From: Vicugna vicugna | Lineage: Eukaryota | Assembly: GCA_013265495.1 (NCBI GenBank) | Contig: MU058540.1 | Coordinates: forward strand, 2,195,696 to 2,259,695 | Reading direction: 5' to 3' | DNA length: 64,000 nt | Shown: one piece after another, positions 39,590-57,563 of the stretch | Numbering within the stretch: the stretch's first letter is position 1 | Layout of the letters: the number at the start of each line of letters is the position of its first letter | The notes under the pieces: generated by a model | Told to the model about the DNA's origin: nothing | What the model saw: only the letters and a program-made list of their open reading frames with translations | Databases searched by the model: none | Translations under genes and position numbers: made by a program

Positions 39590-41700
39590 ACTGCCTTACA
39601 AAGATGCTGTAAATGATAAATGAGATCAAGAATCAGCAAAAGGTAGATTGGATATATACACATCCACTAACTCCTGAAACTCCACTTCAGCAGAGGATCC
39701 AGTGCTAATTCTTAAAGCATAAACTGACAAAGACAAAGAATGACAAAGAAGTCAGAGCAATAAAATTTAGAAGCTGGAAAGCAGAGATCACTGGTAAGTA
39801 TCTTAACGGATCCAAGACAGCTGAATGAGCCACTGGTGAAAGCTGGTAAGTAGCGTGATGTACACCACAGTCCTCCTCCTCCCAAGGCTCAGGATCTGGT
39901 GGTATCAGGTATCTCTGGAAGCAGGGAGGGTGGGGTTCAACAAAAGAATACTGCTTTAAATATTTTTTAAAGAAACAGAGCTCCAGAATACAGGACATGA
40001 TGCAGTCTAATAGCCCTTCTCTGGCCTAACAAGACAATGGGAGGTTTTCTCCGGAGTGGGTAAAACAGAGTCTCTGGAGGATGATCCCCACCGATGAGAG
40101 GAGAAAACTACTTTGAAAAGAGGGAAATTAAGTGACTATGTGTAATTATATGTTGAACCCCCCAGTTTTCTTGCTTAACTCAGCCCCCAGAACACTAGCA
40201 ACCAAGCATTTATTCCCTGGGTATGAGATGTGACGAAGACTTCTATGGGAAATATGACCAATCCAAGAGGAAAGACCCAAAGATTCTGACATCTCAGGAT
40301 GAAATGAAACAGCTCAGACAGATCATTCTATAGTGAGTAACAGTCAGCAAGACCCACCCAGGCACAGAATTTCCAAACAGCTTTCTGGTAACCCATTCAT
40401 ATGGTCACAGAGTCTTTTGTTTAGTGATCCTAACAAAGAAGGCAAGAGAAACCATATAAGAAGGAAATGTCAAAAATGAAAAAAATATATCCTCTGAGAG
40501 CTTATCAGGGAACTAAAGAACTCTTGGAAAGTGAGAATACAATAAGAGAAGTAAGAAAAAATAAAGTTTAAAAGAACAAGCTGACAGATCTCCCAGAAAA
40601 TAAAGCAAAAATAAAATGTAGAAAATAGGAGACAAAGGTAAAAAAAAGTAAGAGGACCTGCATAGGAGGGCTAACATTTGAATAATGAGATTTTAGAGCT
40701 GGAGAACAGAGATCAAGAAGAAGAGAATTAAAGAAACAAGAAAAATCAAGATTGCATCAACAGGAAAGAACCAGAGTTTCAATACTGGAAGTATTCACTG
40801 CGTCTTTAGCTGATGGGTGAAAACAGATCTAGTGAGGCATATGGCTGTGAAATGATGATCCCATAGACTTCCATAGGGGAAACAGATTCACACAAAGATC
40901 CAAGAGTCAGAATGACTTTGGCCTTTTAGCAACAACAAAATGGGAAACTGGAAGATGATGGAGTAACGACAAACACACTGAAGGAAAATGATTTTCAACC
41001 TAGAATTCTACACGCAGTCCACTGAGTGTGAAAGCACAATAAAGACATTATTAGACATGCAAGAATCTCCCTCTGTCCCAATTGCACACACCATTTCTGA
41101 GGAAGCTAAGAAAGAAGATCAGAGAGACAGAAAATGGGATATAAAGAGAGAGTAAACAATAATCTCTAGGATGATGAGGAAAGGAAATCTCAAACGGCAG
41201 TGATGCAGCAGGTCTACAGAGGAACTCAACAGATGAACACAGATGAGAAGACTACAGGTTCCAGGACAGAGATCTTCAGGAAGAAAAGCTAAAGGAATGA
41301 ACACCCAAGGTGTCTGTGTGTACTGAAGTGTGTGTACCTACAGCACTGGGTACAAGAGTGGGGCTGAGCAAGTTCCAAGTACTACAAAGATGACTAAGTA
41401 AGTGGAACACGGTGCTAGGCAGAAAGGAAAAAGGAATCATAGCAGAACATATGCTCGGTTCAGCTGAGGACAGTATCAGAGCCCTAATTATGTAAAGGTG
41501 GAGTGATTACTTTGCCAAAAATCCTATCAAATTGACAAGAAGGGGATAAATCCTACTTTTTAGGAGGAAGAAATAATACCTAAAGTTGAAAAACAGAATT
41601 GGGGGCAATCCAGTTAGGTTACTTGATAATGATATGAAGGTAAATACCATTATGTGAGTAGTGAAAAACTGGCAAAGGGGATAGATTTCTGAATTAAAAT
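39590..41700 (+). mobile_element. Ancient L1/HAL1 5' and ORF1-like region
   Basis: A-rich decayed ORF1-like text, e.g. gaaaatgattttcaacctagaattcta. Boundaries are approximate. Confidence 0.5.
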
Positions 41701-42224
41701 CTATGTAACTGTCTCCAAACTATACATGCACGTGAGTAAGTGATGAGCAAAAGTGTAGTATTTTTAAATATTCAGCTCTTTGAAAATCATGTGAAATTCC
41801 ATTACTGAATACCAGATGCTGCTGTGAAGAGACCCACAAGATGTGAAACTTGACCAGGATCCAGCAGGACAAGGCGCCCATACCTAGTTCACCACTGTGT
41901 TCTAGTGCCCAGGTCAGAACATGTGCCAATGTTTGTTGAATGAGTAAAATGGATGACAAAAATGTGAAGTCATTTATCATAGAGATACATTAGAAAAAGA
42001 AAAAAAGACACACATGTAATAGTTAAAGGCGAGAGAGATTAATTCTGTTGTAGTAAAAATGACAGGAAAGACTACCCGTATAAAGTGGAGTATGCCCGAT
42101 GCTTAAGGAAGGTATGATGGAAGGTATTCCAGAGGCAAATGAGCTTGAAACATGGTGTGGGCAGAAAACTGAAAAGCATCTGAAGTTTATATCATGTGAT
42201 ATTAGAGTCAATAATTTTCTCCAT

Positions 42225-42830
42225 AATTTATTTACATAAATATTTAATAAGCATCTCCTATGTACTAGGAATTGTTCTATGTACCACAGATAAAGCAGTG
42301 AATGAAAAAAATCTCTGCTATGATGGGACATACATTTCAGGGAGAGGGATATTAAGCAAAAAATATACAGTATCGAATTGGGTTAAGTGCTGTGGAAAAA
42401 AAATTGAGGGGGGAGAAGAAGAGAGAGAAAATATATGAATGAATATAATCAAGGTACATGGGTTTGGAGAGTGGCGGTTTGCTAATTAAGTTAGGTGTTC
42501 AGGGGAAGATCTCCCTGGTAAAGTGATGTCTGAATGGTAACGTGAAGAAAATGAAGGAGTGGGTTGTATACACTATCTCAGTAAGAGAATTCCAGGCGGA
42601 AGAAATAGTGTTTTTTGCTTGGTGGTGTGTGGGCCATGGTAAGGACTTCGGCATTCATTCTGAGGTTTTGAGAATGTCTCACTTAACTTGCATTTTAAAG
42701 GATCACGCTGTTGGCTTGATGGGTTGAGGACAGTCTGCAAGGGGCAAGGCAACAGAAGAGAGAAAGTAAGGAAGTTACTGTAGTCACCCAGGTGAAAACA
42801 TGTGGTGGCCTGGACCATCTCGTGGTGTGG
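42225..42830 (-). mobile_element. L2 LINE 3' fragment
   Basis: atttaataagcatctcctatgtactagg...cattttaaaggatcacgctg...ggtggcctggacca. Confidence 0.6.
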
Positions 42831-43026
42831 TGGAATAATTAATTACCTGAAAAACTTTTCCACATTTCTATCATTCAGTGCTAAGCTCTGACTTCATTTT
42901 TCTTCCTAAAAAGTTACCAAAGTATTCTAGAATCAATACTGAAAGCAAGATCCTTCTAAGTTATGAACCATAATATATAGGATGTCATATGGAATAGGGA
43001 ATCTGAAGTACAAAAATAAACACAAG

Positions 43027-43210
43027 AATGTTCACAGCAGCACTATTTACAACAGCCAAGACATGGAAACAACCTAAATGTCCACCGACAGATGACTGGA
43101 TAAAGAAGTTGTGGTGTATTTATACAATGGAATACTACTCAGCCATAAAAATGCCATTTGCAGCATCATGGATGGACCTGGAGATTGTCATTCTAAGTGA
43201 AGAAAAAAAG

Positions 43211-43241
<31 letters not shown>

Positions 43242-43580
43242 AACATAAAAAAAGAAAACCAAAAAAAAAAAAAAAAAAAAAAAGACAAATGAACTAATTT
43301 ACAAAACAGAAACAGATTCACAGACATAGAAAACAAACTTATCGTTACCAGTGGGGCAAAGGGGTGGGAAGGGGTAAATTGGGAGTTCAAGATTTATAGA
43401 TACTAATATATATAAAGTAGATAAACAAGTTTATACTGTATAGCACAGGGAACTATATTCAATATTTTGTAGTAACTTATGGTTAAAAAAGAATACGAAC
43501 ATGAATATATGTATGTTCATGTATGTTATACACCAGAAATGGACACATTATAAACGGATTATACTTCAATAACAAAAATA
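43027..43580 (+). mobile_element. Relatively young L1 3' end (ORF2 C-terminus and 3' UTR)
   Basis: MFTAALFTTAKTWKQPKCP..WIKKLW.IYTMEYYSAIK; tatagcacagggaactatattcaata. Confidence 0.85.
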
Positions 43581-44466
43581 CACAAAAACCCCAAAACCTA
43601 TATTTACTGATATAAATGCAAAAACAAAAAAAAAAACAAAAAATAAACATAAGACCTATTAAAGTGGGTTTTGCCTCAATAATCTCCAACATCCCTGTTT
43701 ACAAAGCATATGGCTCTTTGAGCAGTATCATTTCATGCAAATAATTCTATTGTAAATTTTTAAAAGATGTTCATTAAAAATAACACAAAAACATTCTTAA
43801 CTAAGTAAACAACAGTATTAATATGATACTATAAATAAAAAAATCCCCTTTAACAAAGCACCCAACTTTTGACTTAGCAATTTCATGTCTAGGACATGTA
43901 CTAAGAACAAATACAGAAAGCCTCATGAGCAAAGATGCTAATCACAAACAACTGTCAAAAATGTGTGAAGATTACAGTATACTGGGGAATACCACATAAC
44001 CAATTGAATTTGAATTTTGGGTTGACAAAGAAAAGTGTTCAAAACTGGCTGACAAAGAAAAGTGTCCAAAATATATTAAATGAATTAAAAGGTTACAATT
44101 AGTAAGTTAGATGACAATTTTAAAAACAAGAGGGAAAGTATCAATGTAGGCACTGAGAGCATGAAAGTCAATGAAGATACAGATAAAAAAGACTGGCCAT
44201 GAGCTGACAGTACTGAATCTGGGTGACAGGTACCTGGAGTGGGGCAGGGTGGGGGACTGCTTCATATACCACTCTCTCTACTTGTGTAAATATTTGAACT
44301 TTTCCATAATAAAAGGCTAAAAGTAAAAAAAAAAAAAAAAAATTCACTAAAATTTTAACTGGCAATCTGGATATAGAACTGCAGATGTTTTCTTCTTTTA
44401 GCACAATAAAGCCCAAATTCTCATTCATTTCCAGTTACTTCAAAACACAGAACTGAGACAAGTTTA

Positions 44467-44589
<123 letters not shown>

Positions 44590-44926
44590 TCATCAATAAG
44601 ACTGTTCAATAAACACAGAAATACCCAAAGGTTAATAAAACTCTACAAGGTAATACACTGAGGCCCCCAATTGGCAACCTACAATAAATTTTCTAAGATA
44701 AAATGAGTATAGCAACACACTGAGTTTCCAGAATTAAAACCTCTGCTTTCACAGCAACAAGTGAAATGCTGTGCACTCACTACATAACCAAAAAAATTTA
44801 AAATGAGCCACAGATTTACATACTGGAAGTAATTTGGACAACTGCTATAAAGCTGTATTTATAAAAACAACGGTAATTTAGTCTACAAATTTATGAATAT
44901 GTAATTTTTTTCTATGTGGTGATTTT

Positions 44927-45280
44927 TTTAAAAAATTGAAGTGTAATTGATTTACAACATACTAGTTTCAGATGTACAACACAGGGACTCAGTATTTTTA
45001 TAGCTTGTACTCCATTTGAAGTCACCACAAAATAATGGCTTTATTTCCCTGTGGTGTGCAGTACATCCCTGTAGCCTATCCATTTTATTATACATAGTAG
45101 TTTGTACCTCTCAGTCCCCTACCCCCATCCTGCCGTTCCCTGACTCCCTCTCCCCACTGGTAGCCACCTGTCTGTTCTCTACACCTGTGAGTCTGTTTCT
45201 GTTTTGCTGTATTTTTTCATTTAACTTTTTAAGTTTCACATGTAAGTGATAACATATATTACTTGTCTGTCTGTCTGACT
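44927..45280 (-). mobile_element. L1 3' end, antisense on +, in SRPK1 intron 11
   Basis: ttgaagtgtaattgatttacaac...tagtttcagatgtacaac...ctgtgagtctgtttctgttttg. Confidence 0.7.
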
Positions 45281-45345
45281 TATGAGAAATTCATGAATAT
45301 CTTAGGCAGGGAAGGTGTACTGGGGAAGTACGTCTGCATGGGTAC

Positions 45346-45765
45346 CTTTGTTGTCCAGTGGTCCATTATGTTCTTGCTCTTGCTCGTCTTCACAGGGCAT
45401 ATCTGCCCGAATACTTTCTTGAAGTTGGCTGATGTCCTGCTCATTAAATGACTGCTCTACATTTGATGAAGACTGGCACATCACAGTATCTGACACCTCA
45501 GAAGTTACAGGTGTACAAGAGTCTGTTTCTTGAGATGTGCTGCTGTCTCCATTTTGGGAATTTAGGAAACTAGGTTCCTGCTTCAAATTTTGGACATCAC
45601 AGTCATTAGCATTATGTAGATCCTCTTTAAGCCTCAATGTTTCTTTATTACTGTTCTCAGTATAATTAACGATTTCAATTACTCCATTGCAATTAATTTC
45701 TGCTGCACCACCCTCTATACCACGTTCCGTAAGTGTTTGATCCTGGTGAATGGTACTTGATTCTT
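45346..45765 (-). CDS. SRPK1: SRPK1 exon 11 (spacer insert domain)
   Basis: 420 nt; (E)ESSTIHQDQTLTERG...EHNGPLDNK(G). Confidence 0.95.
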
Positions 45766-46106
45766 CTAGGGAACAAACAAGACAAAAAGGATGTATATGT
45801 ATGTGTATGCGTGAAAGAACAAAAAAATTTCTCCACAAGGTTAAAACATTCTGTAGAACTTATAAAGGGTGACATAAAACATGACTGAACATCTAAAACC
45901 TATTTATGGAAGGACAAAGATCTTCTTATCTTTACCCAATTGCTAAATGAAGTCTATGTTGCATTTCCTGAGAAAAGTGAGAAATTACATTTGAATATTA
46001 CCTACCTATCATTTATGACAAGTTCTGAATTCTTATTGTATAAGGACAATAGATGTGTTGTATGCATGAAACCACTACGTTATATAACAATGATAAATTA
46101 ATGTTA

Positions 46107-46391
<285 letters not shown>

Positions 46392-46783
46392 TCAGGTGGC
46401 TAATCCATTACCCCCAGTTGGAGATAACTGTTAATTTTAATTACTTCCTTATTCCACTCTTTCCCTAAAACAGCATTTAATGTTTTTCATTAACTTTAAA
46501 AATGTGGATACTCTTATGAAACCAAATAAAAAACAAAATTAACAACAATTCTTGGTCCTCTGAGCAGTCTGTGGGGCTGGTCTACTTTCAGACACACTCA
46601 AATTTACAGAAGCCTCACCGGTACAAACTTGCTGAAGATGCATGAGATTCACTGGAGAAATTATAGAAGCACAGGTATATTTTTCCTTTGGTTTCTAAAC
46701 ACTACAAACTGTGATCCATAACAGAAGAACCCCTGTTTATTGCCCAAGGATCAAAATTAAATACAGAAACACCTTATACTTAC

Positions 46784-46809
46784 TGGTTTAGGCTGGGGTG
46801 CAGTACTGA
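46784..46809 (-). CDS. SRPK1: SRPK1 exon 9 (26-nt microexon)
   Basis: Long pyrimidine tract then cag|TC AGT ACT GCA CCC CAG CCT AAA CCA|gtaagt; (V)STAPQPKP. It restores the frame between exons 8 and 10. Confidence 0.93.
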
Positions 46810-47569
46810 CTGAAAAGGAAAAAGAAAAGAAAAGTAAGAATCTTGGCATTCAGCAGGCAATATAAACTAAGACTCATAAAAGACACTCTACCAGAACAAA
46901 AAGCCTCTCTTGTACAGTTTATACTGTAGAGAAAACTACTGTTTCAAAGCAATTTTGGTAGAGGCAACATTATTTTTCTTTTTAAAGAAAGAACAAACAG
47001 TGCATACAAAAGCTGACAAACTTAATGTAAGTTTAAATAAATTCTTCCCCAGAAAGCATCCATATGCAAAGAGCCAAGCCCCCGTTTCTGATTTCCACTA
47101 TTAATGCTGCTAAAATCTCATCTCCATGTACTGTTTAAAGTAGACAATGACAGGCAACAACCCCCTCATTCCCACCTAGGACTAATTCTTCTTGACGCTT
47201 GTCAGTTTTAAAAGAAGAGTGGTATCAAGAGCTACAGCAATTTATTATGTACCATGTTATGGATGTTAGGTTAGCTTAGGTAGGAGGTAGAATCTTCAGT
47301 TTTCCTTTTAAAAAAATCCTCATAATACAAAATTTCCATCTTAATCATTCTTAAGCGTACAGTTCAGTAGTGTTAATTTCACAGTTGTATAACATTTCTA
47401 GAACTTTTTCATTTTGCAAAAATGATATCTTGTGCCCACTGAACAACTTTCCTTTTCCCCTTTCTTCAGTCTTCCTTTTTAAAAAAAATCTACAGATAAT
47501 TGATATTTAAACTTGAGAATCAAGAGAAATATAATTAAATTACCAAAATTAAAATCTGTGCCACACCAA

Positions 47570-47765
47570 ACTACTATATACAGAATGTATAAACAACAAG
47601 GTACTACTACATAGCACAGGGAACTATAGTCAATAACTTGTAATAACATAAAGTGAAGAACATATATACTACACACACACACGCACACATACATAACTAG
47701 ATCACGGTGCTGTACACTAGAAACTAATACAACACTGTAAATCAACTATACTTCAATTTTTAAAA
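47570..47765 (+). mobile_element. L1 3' end with (CA)n
   Basis: atagcacagggaactatagtcaata...aacactgtaaatcaactatacttcaat. Confidence 0.7.
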
Positions 47766-48220
47766 ATACTTAAAAAAAATCTGTGCCACAAATGGAAAAA
47801 AAAATCATCATAATCACAGCAGCCACCATTTATTTAGCACATAACAATGTGTGGCACGCTACTAACTGCTTTAACATGAAACTGAATCCAAATGATGAAC
47901 TCAAGTCACTTGCCCAAGGTCACTCAGCCAATGAAGCAAGGATATGTCCACTCCAGTGATTAAATCCAAGCTCTTAATCAGCAATGTTATCTTGATACTG
48001 CACAAGGATCACTGATCCACATATGTGAATGTGTACTATCATGCTAAGAGGTATACACATCGAATATGACAATCAAATCACAAGAGAACACATTTTAACA
48101 ACAACACGAATCAGCTTTTATAATATATAACATATGTTTACTTAAAAGACACAGTCTTCTTCCCCTATGGGAACAATACTGAGAATAAAAAGTCTTTTGA
48201 AAGCTAGGACTATTTCCTTA

Positions 48221-48601
<381 letters not shown>

Positions 48602-49479
48602 TCACAATACAACATTTAAAAAAATAAAAATATAAAAACAATATGGTTATTTTCTACAGAGAAGCTTTTTTCCTTTTTCCTTTCAAAGCACAAGAAACTT
48701 TCCCGGAAAGATTAATTATAAACTATGAACAAAACTAAGAGTTTATTTATAATAAAAAATTCTTCCAAGTTTTACAAAGCTAATTTTATTTGGAAATATT
48801 CTTTAACTAATTATAGAGACCGTGAATAAAGAGTCAATATGTCCTTTAACTGTTGAAATGTAGATGATCAAAGAGATTTAGATATCTTTTAATTCAAATT
48901 TCCTTGTTGATGAAGAACTGAAGTCTCTTGCTTCCCAGTTTAGAGCTCTGTCCAACAAAACATACTACCTAAACAAATTATTTGCCCTGTGAAGTACTAC
49001 TATTTTCTCCTATTTAGAATATGAGAAAATGCCAATGAATAATAATACTATATAAAGAGATGGTAATAATTTGACAAAGCAGTTCTCTATTAATTTATAA
49101 TCAGTCTCTGCAACCAAAACTTCTGGATAAGGGCTCTAAATTTCCAAAATCAGGCACTACAAATAGCTTCCCAGTTAATAATTATTAACAGAAGATGAAC
49201 CTGGGGAAAAAATGGTTATGTTAAAACATTTAAAAACAGAATACATACAATAAACCCTATGGGCTGAATGAACAATTTCAGCAATTAAAAAATCCTAGTT
49301 TTAAAAACAAAAATTCTATTTGAAATAGGAAACCCCTGACACTTTAAGAATCTAAAAGAAATCATCACATACAAACTATTATGTATAAAATAAATAAGCT
49401 ATGAGGATACATTGCACAATACTGGGAGTATAGTCAATATTTTATAATATCTATAAATGGAGTATAACTTTAAAAATCA

Positions 49480-54265
<4,786 letters not shown>

Positions 54266-55242
54266 CTAATACAAATCTATGAGAAAAACATAAAAACACT
54301 TAATAGCTCAAATACGCAAAGAACTTAATATAAGCAGTTCACAAAATAAAATACAATCAACAAAGACTACTGTTCTAATTCCATCATTTTGCTGCTCAAA
54401 GTGACTCCCAAATTAACTAACTGTGCGTTACGAGGCCAGGAGGAATTAAGGAGCTTTAGCAGGATGCAAGTCAACTACAGCACTAACCACACTGTTTATT
54501 CAGCCCAAACTGAACTTTTGGTGAAGGTTTTTCATAGAAAAACTTTCTCAGTGAAGGAAGTACACTGATTTACTTTTGGGCATAAGCTCCTTATCCTGTC
54601 ACAGTCTGGCACTTTGAAAAGTACTTCCTTGGAGCTCTCCTGGTCTAATATCCCCACTTAACAAATGAAAAGTTTAAGGCTCAGAAGAAATAAAATGATG
54701 AGTTGAAGGATATATTGGGATAGAGCTGGTCCTAAAACTCATGTTTTCTAACTCTGAGTTTAAGCTCCTTCTACTACACTGACATCTCCTAATTTATAGT
54801 AAAACTGAAAATAAGTTTTTGATAAAATTTACTGAAGTTTCTAGGTAATAAAGGGAATTAATAAATAAAGTACTTATTTTTATATTATATATTTTATAAC
54901 ATTAAAAAAAGCAAAACAGATGTTATGTATTTATTCACACAATTTTTCTTTTAACCACAGTAGGAAAGAAAAACATTCTTTGTGCTATCTGGCACATAAA
55001 CATACTTAAACATTTTTATTTATTTGCAAGGTTTTTTTTAGTGTGTGTAGGGAGAATTCCCATCACAGCATATTCCACCAGGTCCCTACCACATGCACAG
55101 AATGTGTAAGTATTGCCGTCTTCTACCTCTTTAAGGATATTGGAGCTTCACAGTAAAAACTAGACATGCAACAGAATGTTTACGCGATATGTCTCAATTT
55201 TAACAATAAAACTCTAATCTTCATATAAAGCTTTGCAGTTCA

Positions 55243-55398
<156 letters not shown>

Positions 55399-56263
55399 TT
55401 AGGAAGCTAAGATTTAACTATAACTGGCAGACGATGACAAAAGTACAAATATTAATTTCATGTTTCCCTGTACCCAAACACAAACTGCTTCTGTGGGATC
55501 ACCTGTACCTGTTAATGGCACTAACTGCCCAAATTTAATTTACACGAAGAAGAAAATCTGTTCTTGGGTAATGTCACTCACCAAACATTTTCTCTAAGTT
55601 AAAATCTACCTTTGGAATGTCTCCCTGAATCCAAGGAAAACCATGAAATGGGGATAAATAAAAGGGGTAAACGCCACCAAACCAGAAGTATCTGTATATT
55701 TGTATGGCAAAAGCTAAAAGATTAAAAGCTATAATACTTTCTTCTAAGAAGCCAGAAGAAATACTGGTTGAAAAACTGATAAAAAAAAATTTAGTGCAAA
55801 GAAATCAATTGCTGTCTCATCAAAGACAGTATACTTTTAGGTAAATGTCCAACATTAACTGCCTGTGGTTTTTATGTAAAGAAAAGTTTTAGACTATATG
55901 GCTGAGCAAATCTGTTGGGGAGGGGAGGGGGACAAGAAAATAATCTCACCTAGGTTGGTCTAGGACATCAGCTAAAAATTTAACTCTACTCCATGAGAAA
56001 AAACTATGAATGCACATACCATACGTTCTTTGAGTATCTGTAACGTTTTGAACTTGGGAGTTCCAAACACCTTACTGATATTAATTTAATCAACCTCGTG
56101 TCTCTAAAGTGTTTCTTCATGAAAGTCACTTGCCCAAGAACATAAAGATTATCAACAAACAAGATTCTAATCAAGAAATCAGTCTAGATCTAGACTGAAG
56201 GTGGAAAATCAGACACAAACATTAAGGAATCACCTAATTCTCTTGCAGGACCACTAAAACTTA

Positions 56264-56404
<141 letters not shown>

Positions 56405-57444
56405 TTAATTAGAAAGAAAAGGTATCTCACATCCCATTTTTCAGTATCAATACACCTTTTATCAAGTAAAAAATGGTTTCTTCTAATACAATCAATTCAA
56501 CAAAATAAAAATTTCAGTCAGCAACACAGTACTATTGAGCTCATATTATAAAATAATATCTTAAGAGAATAAGATTAATGATTTAGAGTGAAGCAAGTGA
56601 TGCTTTGTAGAACCTAACACTTACTTAGAACAGTAAGTCATCCCCAAACAAAAATAAGGTTATATATCACAATATTTTTGCCCCTCAATAATCCAACAGG
56701 TTAATCTAGATACAGAAATCAATTTATAGTTGTAGTTTCAGGATGTTTTTTAGGAGGGAGATTAATGAATTCCATTTATTTAACTTTTAAAAAAAGAAAA
56801 AAAAAAGGAACTGCTTTTCTAAAACACAACCCAACAAAACAAAAACCACAAAGGTCTAAAAACGCTGCCAACAGTGGCAGAAATCAAAGGATTTTAACAT
56901 CCATCTTTGCCTGCTAAGAAGAAGAACCAGGTTCTCCTTCATAGTTAAAATACGTTGTTATACTATCCTACCCAAGAATCCTAGAAAGTTTCATAAAGAA
57001 ACAGAAGATACCAGGCAAACTTATGACACAGTTTAAGTATCTGTAATTTCAGTTCAGTATGTCTTAGCAATCATCACTTTGAGAAAATTCAAGTAATGAA
57101 AAGGTGTTTTTCAAAAGCCTACCATACCAAATCTTACTGGTTACTTCTGTGTGATAGTGTTACAGATGGCTTTCATATTCTTTTTGCTTAATATATTTCT
57201 GAAATTTTCTAATGTAAATATGCACTATCATTTTTTAAGGAGAAAAGGGGTTAAAAACAGATTTAATATAAAACTAAGCTTTAATTAAGTCAAACAAAAA
57301 GGAAATACTAATTCCTATATTTAGAGAAAATGACACGATAAGCAGAAAGCATTATAACTGGTTACACTGGTAGATCAAACATTCAAATGAAAAACTGCAT
57401 ATACATGAATGTCTTCCTTAGCATCTCCTTACTGAAAACCTTAC

Positions 57445-57563
57445 CTTTACAATAATCATTGGGATCTTCTTGCTCATCATCATCAGATCCCAGAATTTCT
57501 TCTTCCTGCTCTGGTAGATCACTCTCAGAGTGGGGAGCAGAGCCTCGGTGCTGAGTTTCAGAT
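57445..57563 (-). CDS. SRPK1: SRPK1 exon 3 (first exon inside the window)
   Basis: 119 nt; SETQHRGSAPHSESDLPEQEEEILGSDDDEQEDPNDYCK(G). Exons 3-16 sum to 1894 nt, leaving 74 nt for exons 1-2 of a 655-aa protein. Confidence 0.96.

Noticed and set aside
43028..43297. 89-aa ORF with a poly-Lys tail
   Set aside because: It is the L1 ORF2 C-terminal remnant running into an A tract, not a gene.
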